Part shown: positions 17,214 to 25,614 of the stretch, piece after piece | Layout: every line of letters starts with the position of its first letter | Numbering within the stretch: position 1 is the first letter of the stretch | Assembly: GCA_032117075.1 (NCBI GenBank) | Contig: JAUMAA010000003.1 | Coordinates: 41,574 to 105,573, forward strand | Origin: Patescibacteria group bacterium | Lineage (GTDB): Bacteria > Patescibacteriota > WWE3 > UBA101185 > UBA10185 | DNA length: 64,000 bases | Direction of reading: 5' to 3' | Program-made: the position numbers and the translations under genes | The notes under the pieces: generated by a model | What the model was told of the DNA's origin: nothing | Database searches by the model: none | Seen by the model: the letters and a program-made list of their open reading frames with translations, nothing else

Positions 17214-17444
17214 ATGAGTTTGATATACTCGATAATTGGTTTTTGTTGGAAGTTTTTGCTAGCCATCTACAATATAGCCATCAAATTGGGGATTGTAGCA
17301 TCAGCTGTAGGATCAATAACTTTGTTGATGATTTTCTTAATGGGATATATCTCATTAGATTATCTCTGGAAAGGAGAAATAGTTATACTTGTAAGTGGCC
17401 TAATTTTAGGCTTTTTAAACAAGGTACTATTTGACGATCTTTAA
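17214..17444 (+). CDS. Small hydrophobic membrane peptide (76 aa), family with 21751-21924 (shared Y..KGEI motif)
   Basis: GAGGGAGG RBS. Two or three TM helices. Flanked by GTTGCTGAGGT (17190-17200) and its perfect complement ACCTCAGCAAC (17471-17481). Confidence 0.5.
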   Translation: MSLIYSIIGFCWKFLLAIYNIAIKLGIVASAVGSITLLMIFLMGYISLDYLWKGEIVILVSGLILGFLNKVLFDDL

Positions 17445-17511
17445 AAAAATTACTCCAAACTAATCTATTAACCTCAGCAACAACACAATTTTTCCTATAT
17501 AATGATTAAAT

Positions 17512-18231
17512 ATGAATAAAGAATATAATATTTCCAGAAGTAAAATTGATTTATTTATTGAATGTCCAAGATGTTTTTATCTTGATGTAAACGGGATTGT
17601 AAAAAGACCATCAGGACCTGGTTTTTCATTAAATTCTGCCGTAGACGAACTTTTAAAAAAAGAATTCGATTTACTTAGAGAAGAAAAAAAACCTCACTCA
17701 TTAATGGAGAAATTTGGAATAAGAGCAATCCCATACCAACATCCAGAATTAGATAAATTTCGACACAACTTTACCGGAGTTAGATATAAACATCCAAACG
17801 GAATTACTTTTTTTGGAGCTGTTGATGACCTTTGGATCAATGAAAATGGAGAAATTCATGTTGTTGACTATAAAGCAACCTCTACATCTGCGGAAGTTAC
17901 TTTAGAAGGGGAATACAAAGAAGGATACAAAAGACAAATTGAAATTTACCAATATCTTTTATCTAAAAATAATTTTCCTATTTCAAATATTGGATATTTT
18001 GTCTATGCAAATGCTAGAAAAGATTTAGATGCTTTCAATGAAAAATTGATTTTTGATGTCAAAATTTTACCTTACGAAGCAAATAATTCTTGGATTGAGG
18101 AGGTAATTAGTAATCTTTACAAAACATTAAGTAGCGAAGAGATACCTCTGCCAAATGAAACTTGTAAATATTGTGATTACATCAAAAAATATAATCAAAG
18201 TTTAAATAATCAACAATTGAGATTGTTTTAG
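17512..18231 (+). CDS. Cas4-like PD-(D/E)xK nuclease (DUF83/RecB-family) with four Cys
   Basis: N-terminal ECPRCFYL (Cas4-like CPR..YL), motif II VDDLW, motif III VVDYKAT, QxxxY (RQIEIYQYLL), C-terminal CKYCDY. Confidence 0.65.
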   Translation: MNKEYNISRSKIDLFIECPRCFYLDVNGIVKRPSGPGFSLNSAVDELLKKEFDLLREEKKPHSLMEKFGIRAIPYQHPELDKFRHNFTGVRYKHPNGITFFGAVDDLWINENGEIHVVDYKATSTSAEVTLEGEYKEGYKRQIEIYQYLLSKNNFPISNIGYFVYANARKDLDAFNEKLIFDVKILPYEANNSWIEEVISNLYKTLSSEEIPLPNETCKYCDYIKKYNQSLNNQQLRLF

Positions 18232-18245
18232 AAAATTAAGTAGAT

Positions 18246-18274
18246 GGCGGGAGTTGGCTATACCAACTCCCGAT
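18246..18274 (+). terminator. Rho-independent terminator
   Basis: ggcgggagttgg-ctata-ccaactcccg followed by ATTTTCGG. Confidence 0.6.
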
Positions 18275-18284
18275 TTTCGGTCTC

Positions 18285-18413
18285 TTAGCAAGTTCCTTGA
18301 CATTCTTCTTGAGTATTAGAAAAAGTCATCGAAATTAATTTCTTGCACTCCTTGTTAAGATAGTATAAAGAAATAATAGAACTTACCATCGCGAGAACCA
18401 CAAAAATAGTCAC
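18285..18413 (-). CDS. Possible small ORF (42 aa, GTG start; hydrophobic N-terminus, Cys-rich C-terminus) not in the ORF track
   Basis: GGGAGG RBS 7 nt before the GTG. Preceded by a leader of about 45 nt that is about 80% identical to the leader of the 25674-26177 gene. GC-enriched. Confidence 0.3.
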   Translation of the reverse strand: MTIFVVLAMVSSIISLYYLNKECKKLISMTFSNTQEECQGTC

Positions 18414-18466
18414 CTCGTCACCTCCCTAAGTTATTAAAATCTCCCAATTAATTTTACACCCAAAAT

Positions 18467-19042
18467 CTAGTTATAAAAGTAAGCCATTGTTAAAGCAGTA
18501 ATTAAAAAAAATACTGGTAAAAAAATTATAATTCCTATATTTCTTAATTTGAAAATAAAATAAGAAGATACTAATAAAATTAGAAACTCAGGAAGAAGAT
18601 ACCAAGATAAAAAATAGTAATTAAAAAAACTATCGGGGTAGTCAAAATAAATATCAAAACCATAAATACCGCTATTAAAAGGTGCTAGAAGAGAAATCCC
18701 ACCAACTAAAAAATCCAGAAAAAGGTGGGATAAAACCCCTACCAAAAATACTAAATTTACTATTTTCCAGAATTTTTGATTTTTATTTAGTAAATAATAA
18801 ATCATAAAATTTACAAATAAATAAAAAAATAAGTAGGGAAGGACAGAATGTGAGAAAAGTTTTCTGTGATCTAAGTCATTTATAAAAAAGCCTAAAATTA
18901 AATCAAAATCAGGAAACACTGAGCCAACAATTCCAACTAGAAATATAAAATTTGATTGAAATTTATCAAGTAAAATATCTTTTTTATTTCGAACAAGTAA
19001 ATAGGTTAATGGGACCCCTATTAAAGAATGAGATAAAACCAT
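18467..19042 (-). CDS. Polytopic membrane protein (possibly DUF457/YdjM-like membrane-bound metal-dependent hydrolase)
   Basis: Five to six TM helices. The N-terminal MVLSHSLIG pattern resembles the DUF457 start (M..THxxxG). Confidence 0.5.
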   Translation of the reverse strand: MVLSHSLIGVPLTYLLVRNKKDILLDKFQSNFIFLVGIVGSVFPDFDLILGFFINDLDHRKLFSHSVLPYLFFYLFVNFMIYYLLNKNQKFWKIVNLVFLVGVLSHLFLDFLVGGISLLAPFNSGIYGFDIYFDYPDSFFNYYFLSWYLLPEFLILLVSSYFIFKLRNIGIIIFLPVFFLITALTMAYFYN

Positions 19043-19063
19043 AATTAGATTATATCAATAAAA

Positions 19064-19086
19064 AGGGGTGCCTTTCAGGCACCCCT
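19064..19086 (-). terminator. Rho-independent terminator for the upstream minus-strand gene
   Basis: aggggtgcc-tttca-ggcacccct; the minus strand is followed by TTTTTATT. Confidence 0.5.
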
Positions 19087-19103
19087 CAATTTCAAATTAA
19101 TAA

Positions 19104-19361
19104 TTATCTAGCAGGCTCTGTTTCTTCTTCAACAACTGGTTGAGACATGTTGTTCATTTCTTTCACAACATTTACAGTTGCAGCTTCCATTCTTGACAAT
19201 CTTTCATTTAAATTATCAATACTGTCGAGTAAAAAATAAATAAGTAAGAAATTAATAACTGTTAAAAGACCTACGAAACCAACATTTTTGGCAAAGAAAG
19301 ACAAAACTTTTTCGGAATTATGAGTTTTTTTCATAATAAACCTTTCTTGGAGCAAATCCAA
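19104..19361 (-). CDS. Small membrane protein
   Basis: ORF with one TM helix; no family recognised. Confidence 0.4.
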   Translation of the reverse strand: MDLLQERFIMKKTHNSEKVLSFFAKNVGFVGLLTVINFLLIYFLLDSIDNLNERLSRMEAATVNVVKEMNNMSQPVVEEETEPAR

Positions 19362-19393
19362 AAATTACTACTTAATTAAATATACACAATTAA

Positions 19394-19648
19394 TTATCTA
19401 ATGTCATCAACTTCTAAACTTTTATCATTAAGGATTTCACTATTTTTTAATGAATTTTTTATATCATCAAGTGACATTTTGGAATTTTGAGGATCTGGTT
19501 TCTGAACCTCTAAGGGATTACTGGAAGATTTTAGTATTATTTTAGGTTCTAAAGAATTTTGGTATTTTATCCAAACAAAAAAACCCAAAATAAATAAACA
19601 AAAAATGAAGAAAAAGAAAAAAAGTTTCATTTCTTTAGAAATTGTCAT
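19394..19648 (-). CDS. Small membrane/secreted protein
   Basis: N-terminal TM/signal segment; the ATG overlaps the upstream stop. Confidence 0.4.
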   Translation of the reverse strand: MTISKEMKLFFFFFIFCLFILGFFVWIKYQNSLEPKIILKSSSNPLEVQKPDPQNSKMSLDDIKNSLKNSEILNDKSLEVDDIR

Positions 19649-20133
19649 TTTTTTAACTCCTTTAATTTTTCATAGATATCTTTATCAAAGTCTTCTATTA
19701 ATCTAATTTCTTTCCTGACATGATTCTTATAGTTATTATTAAAAATGCTTAGTTTCACAAAATAACTTCTTTTATCACTTTCACAATCTAAAAGAAGTAA
19801 AGCATCAATCTTAGATATAAAATCTTCTCTCTCCAAAATTAAAATATCAAATTCTTCGTAAAAACTATTAATATTTTCTCTGTCTTTTACAGACAAAATA
19901 TTTTGTGAATTAGTTAAATGAAATTCTTCAATAGAGGATTTGATATCGGACATTTGTTGCTTTTTATTTAAGACCGAACTTTGAAGATAATTTTTTCTAG
20001 TTATAAATAAATTTTTAATCTCAACACAACCTTTAATAATTTGATCCCTCTTTTTATCCTGAGAATAGGTTAACAAACTATAGGTCAGAGTTAGAGACAA
20101 TAAAAGGGTAAAAATCAATGCTTTTTGCTTCAT
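19645..20133 (-). CDS. Secreted hypothetical protein
   Basis: Signal peptide MKQKALIFTLLLSLTLTYS. Confidence 0.45.
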   Translation of the reverse strand: MKQKALIFTLLLSLTLTYSLLTYSQDKKRDQIIKGCVEIKNLFITRKNYLQSSVLNKKQQMSDIKSSIEEFHLTNSQNILSVKDRENINSFYEEFDILILEREDFISKIDALLLLDCESDKRSYFVKLSIFNNNYKNHVRKEIRLIEDFDKDIYEKLKELKK

Positions 20134-20169
20134 ATTAAGTTTATCTTATCATAAGATTATGATAGAATA

Positions 20170-21057
20170 ATGCCACTTATGAATATAAATGTAACCAAAC
20201 AACCAAATGCAGAATTACTTATACATGCAACTATTGAAAAAGAAAAAGTAGCCTCAATTTATGAAAAAATCGTAGATAACATAGTACTAGATAGTGAAAT
20301 TAAAGGATTTAGAAAAGGAAAAGCACCAAAATCAGTTGTTTTAGAGAAAATAGATATCTCTAAAGTACACGGTGAAGTTATTTCAGCCTTATTAAAAGAA
20401 TATTACCCACAAATTATGAAAGAAAAATCAATTTTCCCTTATTCAAGCCCTAAAGTAGATGTTAAAGAATTTGAAATTGGCAAAGACTTCGTTTTTGAGG
20501 CAACCGTTGCAGTTAAACCTGAGATAACCATGCCAAAATACGAAAAAATTATCGAAAAGAAGTCAAAAGAAAAATCAATGACTTCTGAAGAAATTGTTGA
20601 TGCAATTCTAGAAGATACAAAATTTGAACTTTCAGAATTAATGATTAATGAAGAAACTGACAGATTACTTGAAAGATTTATCTCTCAAATTAGAACATTA
20701 AATCTTAATGTAGACCAATTACTAAAAGCTCAAAACAAAACCTATGATGATCTTCTTGCAGATCATAAGACCATTGCTGAAAAAAATATCAAATCTGAAT
20801 TTATCTTGATGGAGGTTGTAAAAGATCAAAAATTAGATGCAACTGAAGAAGAAATTGCCGATTTTGTTAAAAATTTAGGAGACGAAAATCTAGCAAATAG
20901 ACTGCTATCTACAGATGAAAAATGGTATGTTAAAGGTGTAATTGAGAAAAACAAAGCTCTGGATTACCTTAAGTCACTAATGGTTTTTAAAGATCCAGAA
21001 GTAAAAGAAGAAAGCAAAAAAGAAATTACAGAGGAGAAACAAAATGATGAAAAATAA
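20170..21057 (+). CDS. tig: Trigger factor (short form)
   Basis: Ribosome-binding signature GFRKGKAP in the N-terminal domain. Conserved tig-clpP gene order. Confidence 0.8.
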   Translation: MPLMNINVTKQPNAELLIHATIEKEKVASIYEKIVDNIVLDSEIKGFRKGKAPKSVVLEKIDISKVHGEVISALLKEYYPQIMKEKSIFPYSSPKVDVKEFEIGKDFVFEATVAVKPEITMPKYEKIIEKKSKEKSMTSEEIVDAILEDTKFELSELMINEETDRLLERFISQIRTLNLNVDQLLKAQNKTYDDLLADHKTIAEKNIKSEFILMEVVKDQKLDATEEEIADFVKNLGDENLANRLLSTDEKWYVKGVIEKNKALDYLKSLMVFKDPEVKEESKKEITEEKQNDEK

Positions 21058-21655
21058 AGATTTATTCAATACTTTAGTTCCTGTAGTTGTTGAAAAAGAA
21101 GGTAATTACGAGAGATCGTACGATATCTACTCAAGACTACTTAAAGATTTTATTATTTTCGTTACAGGACCTATAGATATGGCAACAGCCAATACATTTA
21201 TTGCTCAAATGTTATTTTTAGAAGCAACTGACCCTACCAGAGACATAAAAATTTATATCAATTCTCCAGGAGGGGAAGCTTATTCTGGAAGAGCTATGTT
21301 TGATACAGTTAGACATGTAAAAAATGATGTTGTTACTATCAATACAGGACTTTGTGCATCTGCTGCCGCTTTACTTTTATGTTCTGGAACTAAAGGTAAA
21401 AGATACTCACTTCCAGGTGCTCATACTATGATTCACCAAACATTGGGTGGGGCAGAAGGACAAGCAACTGATGTTGAGATTTATGCAAAACAAATGGTTA
21501 AAATGAAACATGATTATGCCAAACTAATTGCAGTAGCCTCAGGAAAATCTTTTGAAGAGGTCTTAAAAGACATTGAAAGAGACAACTGGATGGACTCACA
21601 AGAAACTAAAGATTACGGAATCATAGATGAAGTAATTGAACCTGCAAAGAAATAA
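21044..21655 (+). CDS. clpP: ATP-dependent Clp protease proteolytic subunit ClpP
   Basis: Catalytic Ser context GLCASAAALL, His MIHQ, typical ClpP length. Confidence 0.9.
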   Translation: MMKNKDLFNTLVPVVVEKEGNYERSYDIYSRLLKDFIIFVTGPIDMATANTFIAQMLFLEATDPTRDIKIYINSPGGEAYSGRAMFDTVRHVKNDVVTINTGLCASAAALLLCSGTKGKRYSLPGAHTMIHQTLGGAEGQATDVEIYAKQMVKMKHDYAKLIAVASGKSFEEVLKDIERDNWMDSQETKDYGIIDEVIEPAKK

Positions 21656-21679
21656 TCTAAATAAAAATAACCTATAATT

Positions 21680-21708
21680 TTGACTTGACCTTGAATTTGA
21701 GGTATAAT
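21680..21708 (+). promoter_or_regulatory. Consensus sigma70 promoter TTGACT-17nt-TATAAT for small peptide cassette B
   Basis: TTGACT 21680-21685, TATAAT 21703-21708, followed 6 nt later by GTTGCTGAGGT (21715-21725). Confidence 0.5.
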
Positions 21709-21750
21709 ATATTCGTTGCTGAGGTTAGATCATACGAGAGGAGATCTAAT

Positions 21751-21924
21751 ATGAGACTGTTAGATATACTGGTTTGGGGCCTAAGATGGTCAATTACCTT
21801 AATCTTTTTCCTTCTTTTGGTAAGTATGTCTATGACATATTTTACAAAAGGGGAGATAATGAGTGTGGAACCACTGTTTAGTTCCGGGGTAACAACGGCG
21901 GTACTCTGGTACTTCAAAGACTAA
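21751..21924 (+). CDS. Small hydrophobic membrane peptide (57 aa), homolog of 17214-17444 (Y.TKGEI motif)
   Basis: GAGAGGAG RBS. Same flanking boxes: GTTGCTGAGGT upstream, ACCTCAGCAACAACACAA at 21941-21958. The track ORF begins further upstream (21685), but the RBS supports 21751. Confidence 0.5.
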   Translation: MRLLDILVWGLRWSITLIFFLLLVSMSMTYFTKGEIMSVEPLFSSGVTTAVLWYFKD

Positions 21925-22009
21925 CCAACAAAACTATCAAACCTCAGCAACAACACAAATTTCAATTTCTAATCAATTCTTAATAATATTGTATAATTAA
22001 CCATACTGT

Positions 22010-22086
22010 GGTCTGTTAGCTCAGTTGGTTAGAGCGCTTCAGTGACATTGAAGAGGTCATTGGTTCGAATCCAATACGGACCACCA
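22010..22086 (+). tRNA. tRNA-Val (anticodon GAC), 77 nt, CCA encoded
   Basis: Hand-folded: acceptor ggtctgt/acggacc (one G-U), D-arm gctc..gagc, anticodon stem cttca/tgaag with loop guGACau, T-arm attgg-TTCGAAT-ccaat, terminal ACCA. Confidence 0.85.
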
Positions 22087-22102
22087 TAAAAAATCACAAA
22101 AT

Positions 22103-22714
22103 ATGGATCAAGAGGTTGTAGATAATAAAATAACTAAGAATCTTGCCCATTCTAATCAAATTTCTGCCATAGAATTACCATCTTTAAATATAGTGACTAA
22201 TTTAAGTAGTCAGGACCTTGAGTATATTGAAAACGAAGTAATACCTTATTCAATTTTCAAACATCTTGAAAATAGATTTTCAGATTTTTCTGAGGAATGG
22301 CATGAAATCACTGAGGAAGGAATTATCAATAAAACTGCCAAGTCAAGTAAAGTTTTATTTAGATTCTTCCATCTGAAATCTATTAATGCTAACTTCAAAA
22401 ATAAATTGATTACAAATATTTACCAATCAAAGGATACTTATAAAATAAAAGCCCATGAATACAGAAATGAGGTAATTATTACCGATGGAGAAGTGTTTAA
22501 ATCAGAAAAAAATGAAATCAAATCAGTTGATAACTGCTTTATTGAAACTCATCAAGAGATAGAAATATTTAATGCAAGCTACCTTGTAACACTTAACAGA
22601 GAAAAGAAGACGACACCTTTTGGAAAATGGGAACATCATGACGAAATTCATTTCTTTATGATGGATAGGATAAAACTTGACTATCTAAGAATGTATATCG
22701 GATCTAAATTTTAA
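22103..22714 (+). CDS. Hypothetical protein
   Basis: ORF directly after tRNA-Val; no motif recognised. Confidence 0.45.
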   Translation: MDQEVVDNKITKNLAHSNQISAIELPSLNIVTNLSSQDLEYIENEVIPYSIFKHLENRFSDFSEEWHEITEEGIINKTAKSSKVLFRFFHLKSINANFKNKLITNIYQSKDTYKIKAHEYRNEVIITDGEVFKSEKNEIKSVDNCFIETHQEIEIFNASYLVTLNREKKTTPFGKWEHHDEIHFFMMDRIKLDYLRMYIGSKF

Positions 22715-23751
22715 TTTTCTTTTCTCAGAAATAACTTGTGACTAAAATAAAAACCAACTAAAAGCGGGACATAGAAATATATTAGTCTAAAGATTGTAAT
22801 TATAATAAGCGAATTTGCAAAATCAATTCCAATACTTCTCATAAATTCAGGAACAAATACCTCAATTATTCCTATCCCGTTTGGAGTAGGTGAGACAGTT
22901 TCTAGGGTGTTTAGTACTACATAACTAGAAACTACCTTGGAGACAGGTATAAGCTCTTTAAATGCCCAAGCAACTGTAGCTAGGGAAAGAATATTTAATA
23001 TATGGAAAAGTAGTCCGATTAGTATGGGTTTAAGATAAAATCTCGGGTCATGCTTTATATCTATAAAGCATTCATGAGCTAAATGAACATTTCTGTGGGC
23101 CCATTTTTCATCTAGATGTACCTTTTTATGAATTTTATGAGAAACAAAATTTAGTAGTCTTTGAATCTGGTGAAAAAATTTTATTAAAAAATCTTTTGTA
23201 AAGATTGATAGAAAAACTAATGTTAGGAGCAGGCCTCCAAATCCAAGCATGGCATAGAGATAATTTACAGGAAAATCGTCTATAGAGTCCCTAAAGAAAA
23301 TTAATGAAAACAAAATAATTAAGAAGAAACCTAAATAGTCAGCTAGTAATGCTAAAAAAGCACCGGCTGCAGTTTTGATTCTATTAAACTCCTTATGACC
23401 AGCATGATCTACAAAAGCAAGCAAACCTCCAGCACCTATAAATGGGGTGGAAACAGAAACAAACATATAAACAAAAGTGACCTTTAAAACCTCTCTATAG
23501 GTAAAATTAACTCCTGCTTTTTGGAAGTTAATATAAAAGTTATATGCTAATACTAGGTATTTAATAATTTGTATTACAACAGCAAGAAATAACAAAAGTA
23601 ATTTTGCTTTAAGAAGATCCTGAGGAACACTATCTAGTAAATGATAGTTTTTATAAATTATCCCGATAAAGAAAAATAAGGAGACAACATAAACAATTTT
23701 TGAAAACATAATCTTATTATACCAAGAGGGAATTTTCAGTTTGAGACTCAT
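22711..23751 (-). CDS. Polytopic membrane protein (MprF/flippase-like, UPF0104-type; tentative)
   Basis: Eight or more TM helices. Confidence 0.5.
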   Translation of the reverse strand: MSLKLKIPSWYNKIMFSKIVYVVSLFFFIGIIYKNYHLLDSVPQDLLKAKLLLLFLAVVIQIIKYLVLAYNFYINFQKAGVNFTYREVLKVTFVYMFVSVSTPFIGAGGLLAFVDHAGHKEFNRIKTAAGAFLALLADYLGFFLIILFSLIFFRDSIDDFPVNYLYAMLGFGGLLLTLVFLSIFTKDFLIKFFHQIQRLLNFVSHKIHKKVHLDEKWAHRNVHLAHECFIDIKHDPRFYLKPILIGLLFHILNILSLATVAWAFKELIPVSKVVSSYVVLNTLETVSPTPNGIGIIEVFVPEFMRSIGIDFANSLIIITIFRLIYFYVPLLVGFYFSHKLFLRKEN

Positions 23752-24364
23752 TAACTGAAAATTCCCCGACCTTTGTTCTTTTTAAATGAAAAAGTACTCC
23801 TTTTGTTCCATATCTCAACCCTATCTCATTGGCCAATGTTCTAATATAAGTCCCAGAAGAGCAAGAAATAACGATTTTAATAAGAGGATAGTTATGACCA
23901 AAATAGTCAAAATTTGAAATTTCTAATATCTTAATTTCGTAGATATTTGAGTTCATTTTAGGCATTTCAGCTACTTCCTGACCACTTCTCGCATATTTAT
24001 AAAGTCTTTTTCCAGAAACTATCTTTGCAGAAAAAATAGGCACATTTAAAGAAATTTCACCCATTAATGATTTTAAAACTTCCTCAAATTTTAACAAATC
24101 AAAGATAGGAGGAGACCCCTCAAATTCGAGTGGTTTTTCAAGATCAAAACTTTCAGAAAATGCACCAAGAAGTATTGAGGCCTCGTATTCTTTATCCTTT
24201 TTCATAAAACTATCCTGAATCTTACAATCTTTGTCTGTTAAAACTATCATCACTCCTTCAGCCAGAGGGTCCAATGTGCCGGCATGGCTGATTTTTTTAA
24301 CTCCTAAAACTCTCTTTAATCGGTAAATAAAATTAAACGAAGATATTTTAGTTGGTTTATACAT
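23717..24364 (-). CDS. truB: tRNA pseudouridine(55) synthase TruB
   Basis: HAGTLDPLAEG motif. The likely start is MYKPTKISS; the track ORF extends 4 codons further. Confidence 0.85.
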   Translation of the reverse strand: MYKPTKISSFNFIYRLKRVLGVKKISHAGTLDPLAEGVMIVLTDKDCKIQDSFMKKDKEYEASILLGAFSESFDLEKPLEFEGSPPIFDLLKFEEVLKSLMGEISLNVPIFSAKIVSGKRLYKYARSGQEVAEMPKMNSNIYEIKILEISNFDYFGHNYPLIKIVISCSSGTYIRTLANEIGLRYGTKGVLFHLKRTKVGEFSVNESQTENSLLV

Positions 24365-24497
24365 ATTTAAAATCATTAGAATATTATATATTCTTTCCTG
24401 TCAATTGAGAAAAAGGCATGTTTATTGTATAATTACAGTATTAAAATCTTATTTTAAGTAGTAAATAAAAGATTATTAGTAAAAAGTTAAAGGAAAA

Positions 24498-25004
24498 ATT
24501 ATAAAAATTTATAGAATAAATGAAAGAATAAAGGCACCTACTCTTAGAGTAATTGGGCCTACTGGTGAAAATTTTGGTGTTATAACCTTAGATGAAGCTA
24601 AGAAAAAAGCGGAGGAGTTAGAAAAAGACTTGGTATTAATTGCGGAAGAAGCAAAGCCCCCAGTAGCTAAAATTCTTGATTTTAATAAATTTTTATACGA
24701 AGAGAGAAAAAAAGAATCAGCAGCAAAAGCTAAATCCAAAAAGAGTGAGTTAAAAGAGTTAAGACTGTCATCAACTATTGGAGAAGGAGACTTGATGCAA
24801 AGAGTTAATAGGGCTAAAGAGTTCTTATCAGAGAATAATAGGGTCAAATTCAATCTAAAACTAAGAGGTAGAGAATTTATGAACCCAAAGTTAGCTTTTG
24901 AGAAGGTTAACAGGGTTCTTTCAGAACTATCAGAGGTTGGGAGAGCGGAAGAAGAGCCAAAAGTAGTAAATAAGAGCATAATAGTAGTTGTTTTAAAAAA
25001 GTAA
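24498..25004 (+). CDS. infC: Translation initiation factor IF-3, with non-AUG (AUU/AUA) start
   Basis: The frame is open from 24483 with no ATG. The N-terminal INERIKAPTLRVIGPTGENFGVITLDEA..LVLIAEEAKPPVAKILDFNKFLYE matches IF3. AAGGA RBS precedes ATT (24498)/ATA (24501). Followed by rpmI-rplT. Confidence 0.8.
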   Translation: MIKIYRINERIKAPTLRVIGPTGENFGVITLDEAKKKAEELEKDLVLIAEEAKPPVAKILDFNKFLYEERKKESAAKAKSKKSELKELRLSSTIGEGDLMQRVNRAKEFLSENNRVKFNLKLRGREFMNPKLAFEKVNRVLSELSEVGRAEEEPKVVNKSIIVVVLKK

Positions 25005-25023
25005 TGTTATAAAATAGAGACTT

Positions 25024-25224
25024 ATGGGAAAACTAAAAACCAAAAAAACTTTAATAAAAAGAGTAAAAATTTCTAAAAACGGTAAATTAATTAAGAAAGC
25101 AACCGGATCATCTCATAATAAGAGAAAATGGAGTGCTTCTAAAAGATTTAGAAAGATTAGCGAATCAGTTATTACTACTGAAGGGTACATTAAAAAGTAC
25201 AAAAAACTTCTACCTGGTAAATAA
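25024..25224 (+). CDS. rpmI: 50S ribosomal protein L35
   Basis: MGKLKTKKTLIKRVKISKNGKL... characteristic L35 sequence. Confidence 0.9.
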   Translation: MGKLKTKKTLIKRVKISKNGKLIKKATGSSHNKRKWSASKRFRKISESVITTEGYIKKYKKLLPGK

Positions 25225-25245
25225 TCTGGTATAATACAAATCACT

Positions 25246-25599
25246 ATGACAAGAGTAAAAGGCGGCTTTAGAGCACACAGAAAACACAAAAAAATCCTTG
25301 ATTTAGCAAAGGGTTATAGATTATCTAGAAGAACAAATTTTAAAAGAGCACAAGAAGCTGTTTTAAGAGCTGGTGAACATATTTTTCATGGTAGAAAACT
25401 AAGAAAAAGAGATATGAGATCCCTCTGGATTACTAGAATTTCAGCAGGATTATTTGACTCTGATCTGAATTATTCAAGATTTATTGCAGGTTTAAAGAAA
25501 TTAAATATCGATTTGAATAGAAAAATGCTTGCTGAACTAGCATTAAACAATAGGGAAACTTTTGCTTCCTTAGTAGAAAAAGTAAAAGCAGCAAAATAA
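25246..25599 (+). CDS. rplT: 50S ribosomal protein L20
   Basis: MTRVKGGFRAHRKHKKILDLAKGYR... L20 signature. Confidence 0.9.
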   Translation: MTRVKGGFRAHRKHKKILDLAKGYRLSRRTNFKRAQEAVLRAGEHIFHGRKLRKRDMRSLWITRISAGLFDSDLNYSRFIAGLKKLNIDLNRKMLAELALNNRETFASLVEKVKAAK

Positions 25600-25614
25600 A
25601 TTAAATAATACGAT

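Noticed and set aside
17190-21951. The GTTGCTGAGGT/ACCTCAGCAAC pairs as terminal inverted repeats of a MITE/transposon
   Set aside because: There are no target-site duplications. The conserved unit includes an upstream promoter and a downstream AACACAA on only one side. The enclosed ORFs are homologous but diverged, with no transposase fragment. A gene family with conserved RNA ends fits better.
24509-24979. 156-aa minus-strand ORF
   Set aside because: It is antisense to infC, whose translation matches IF3 throughout.
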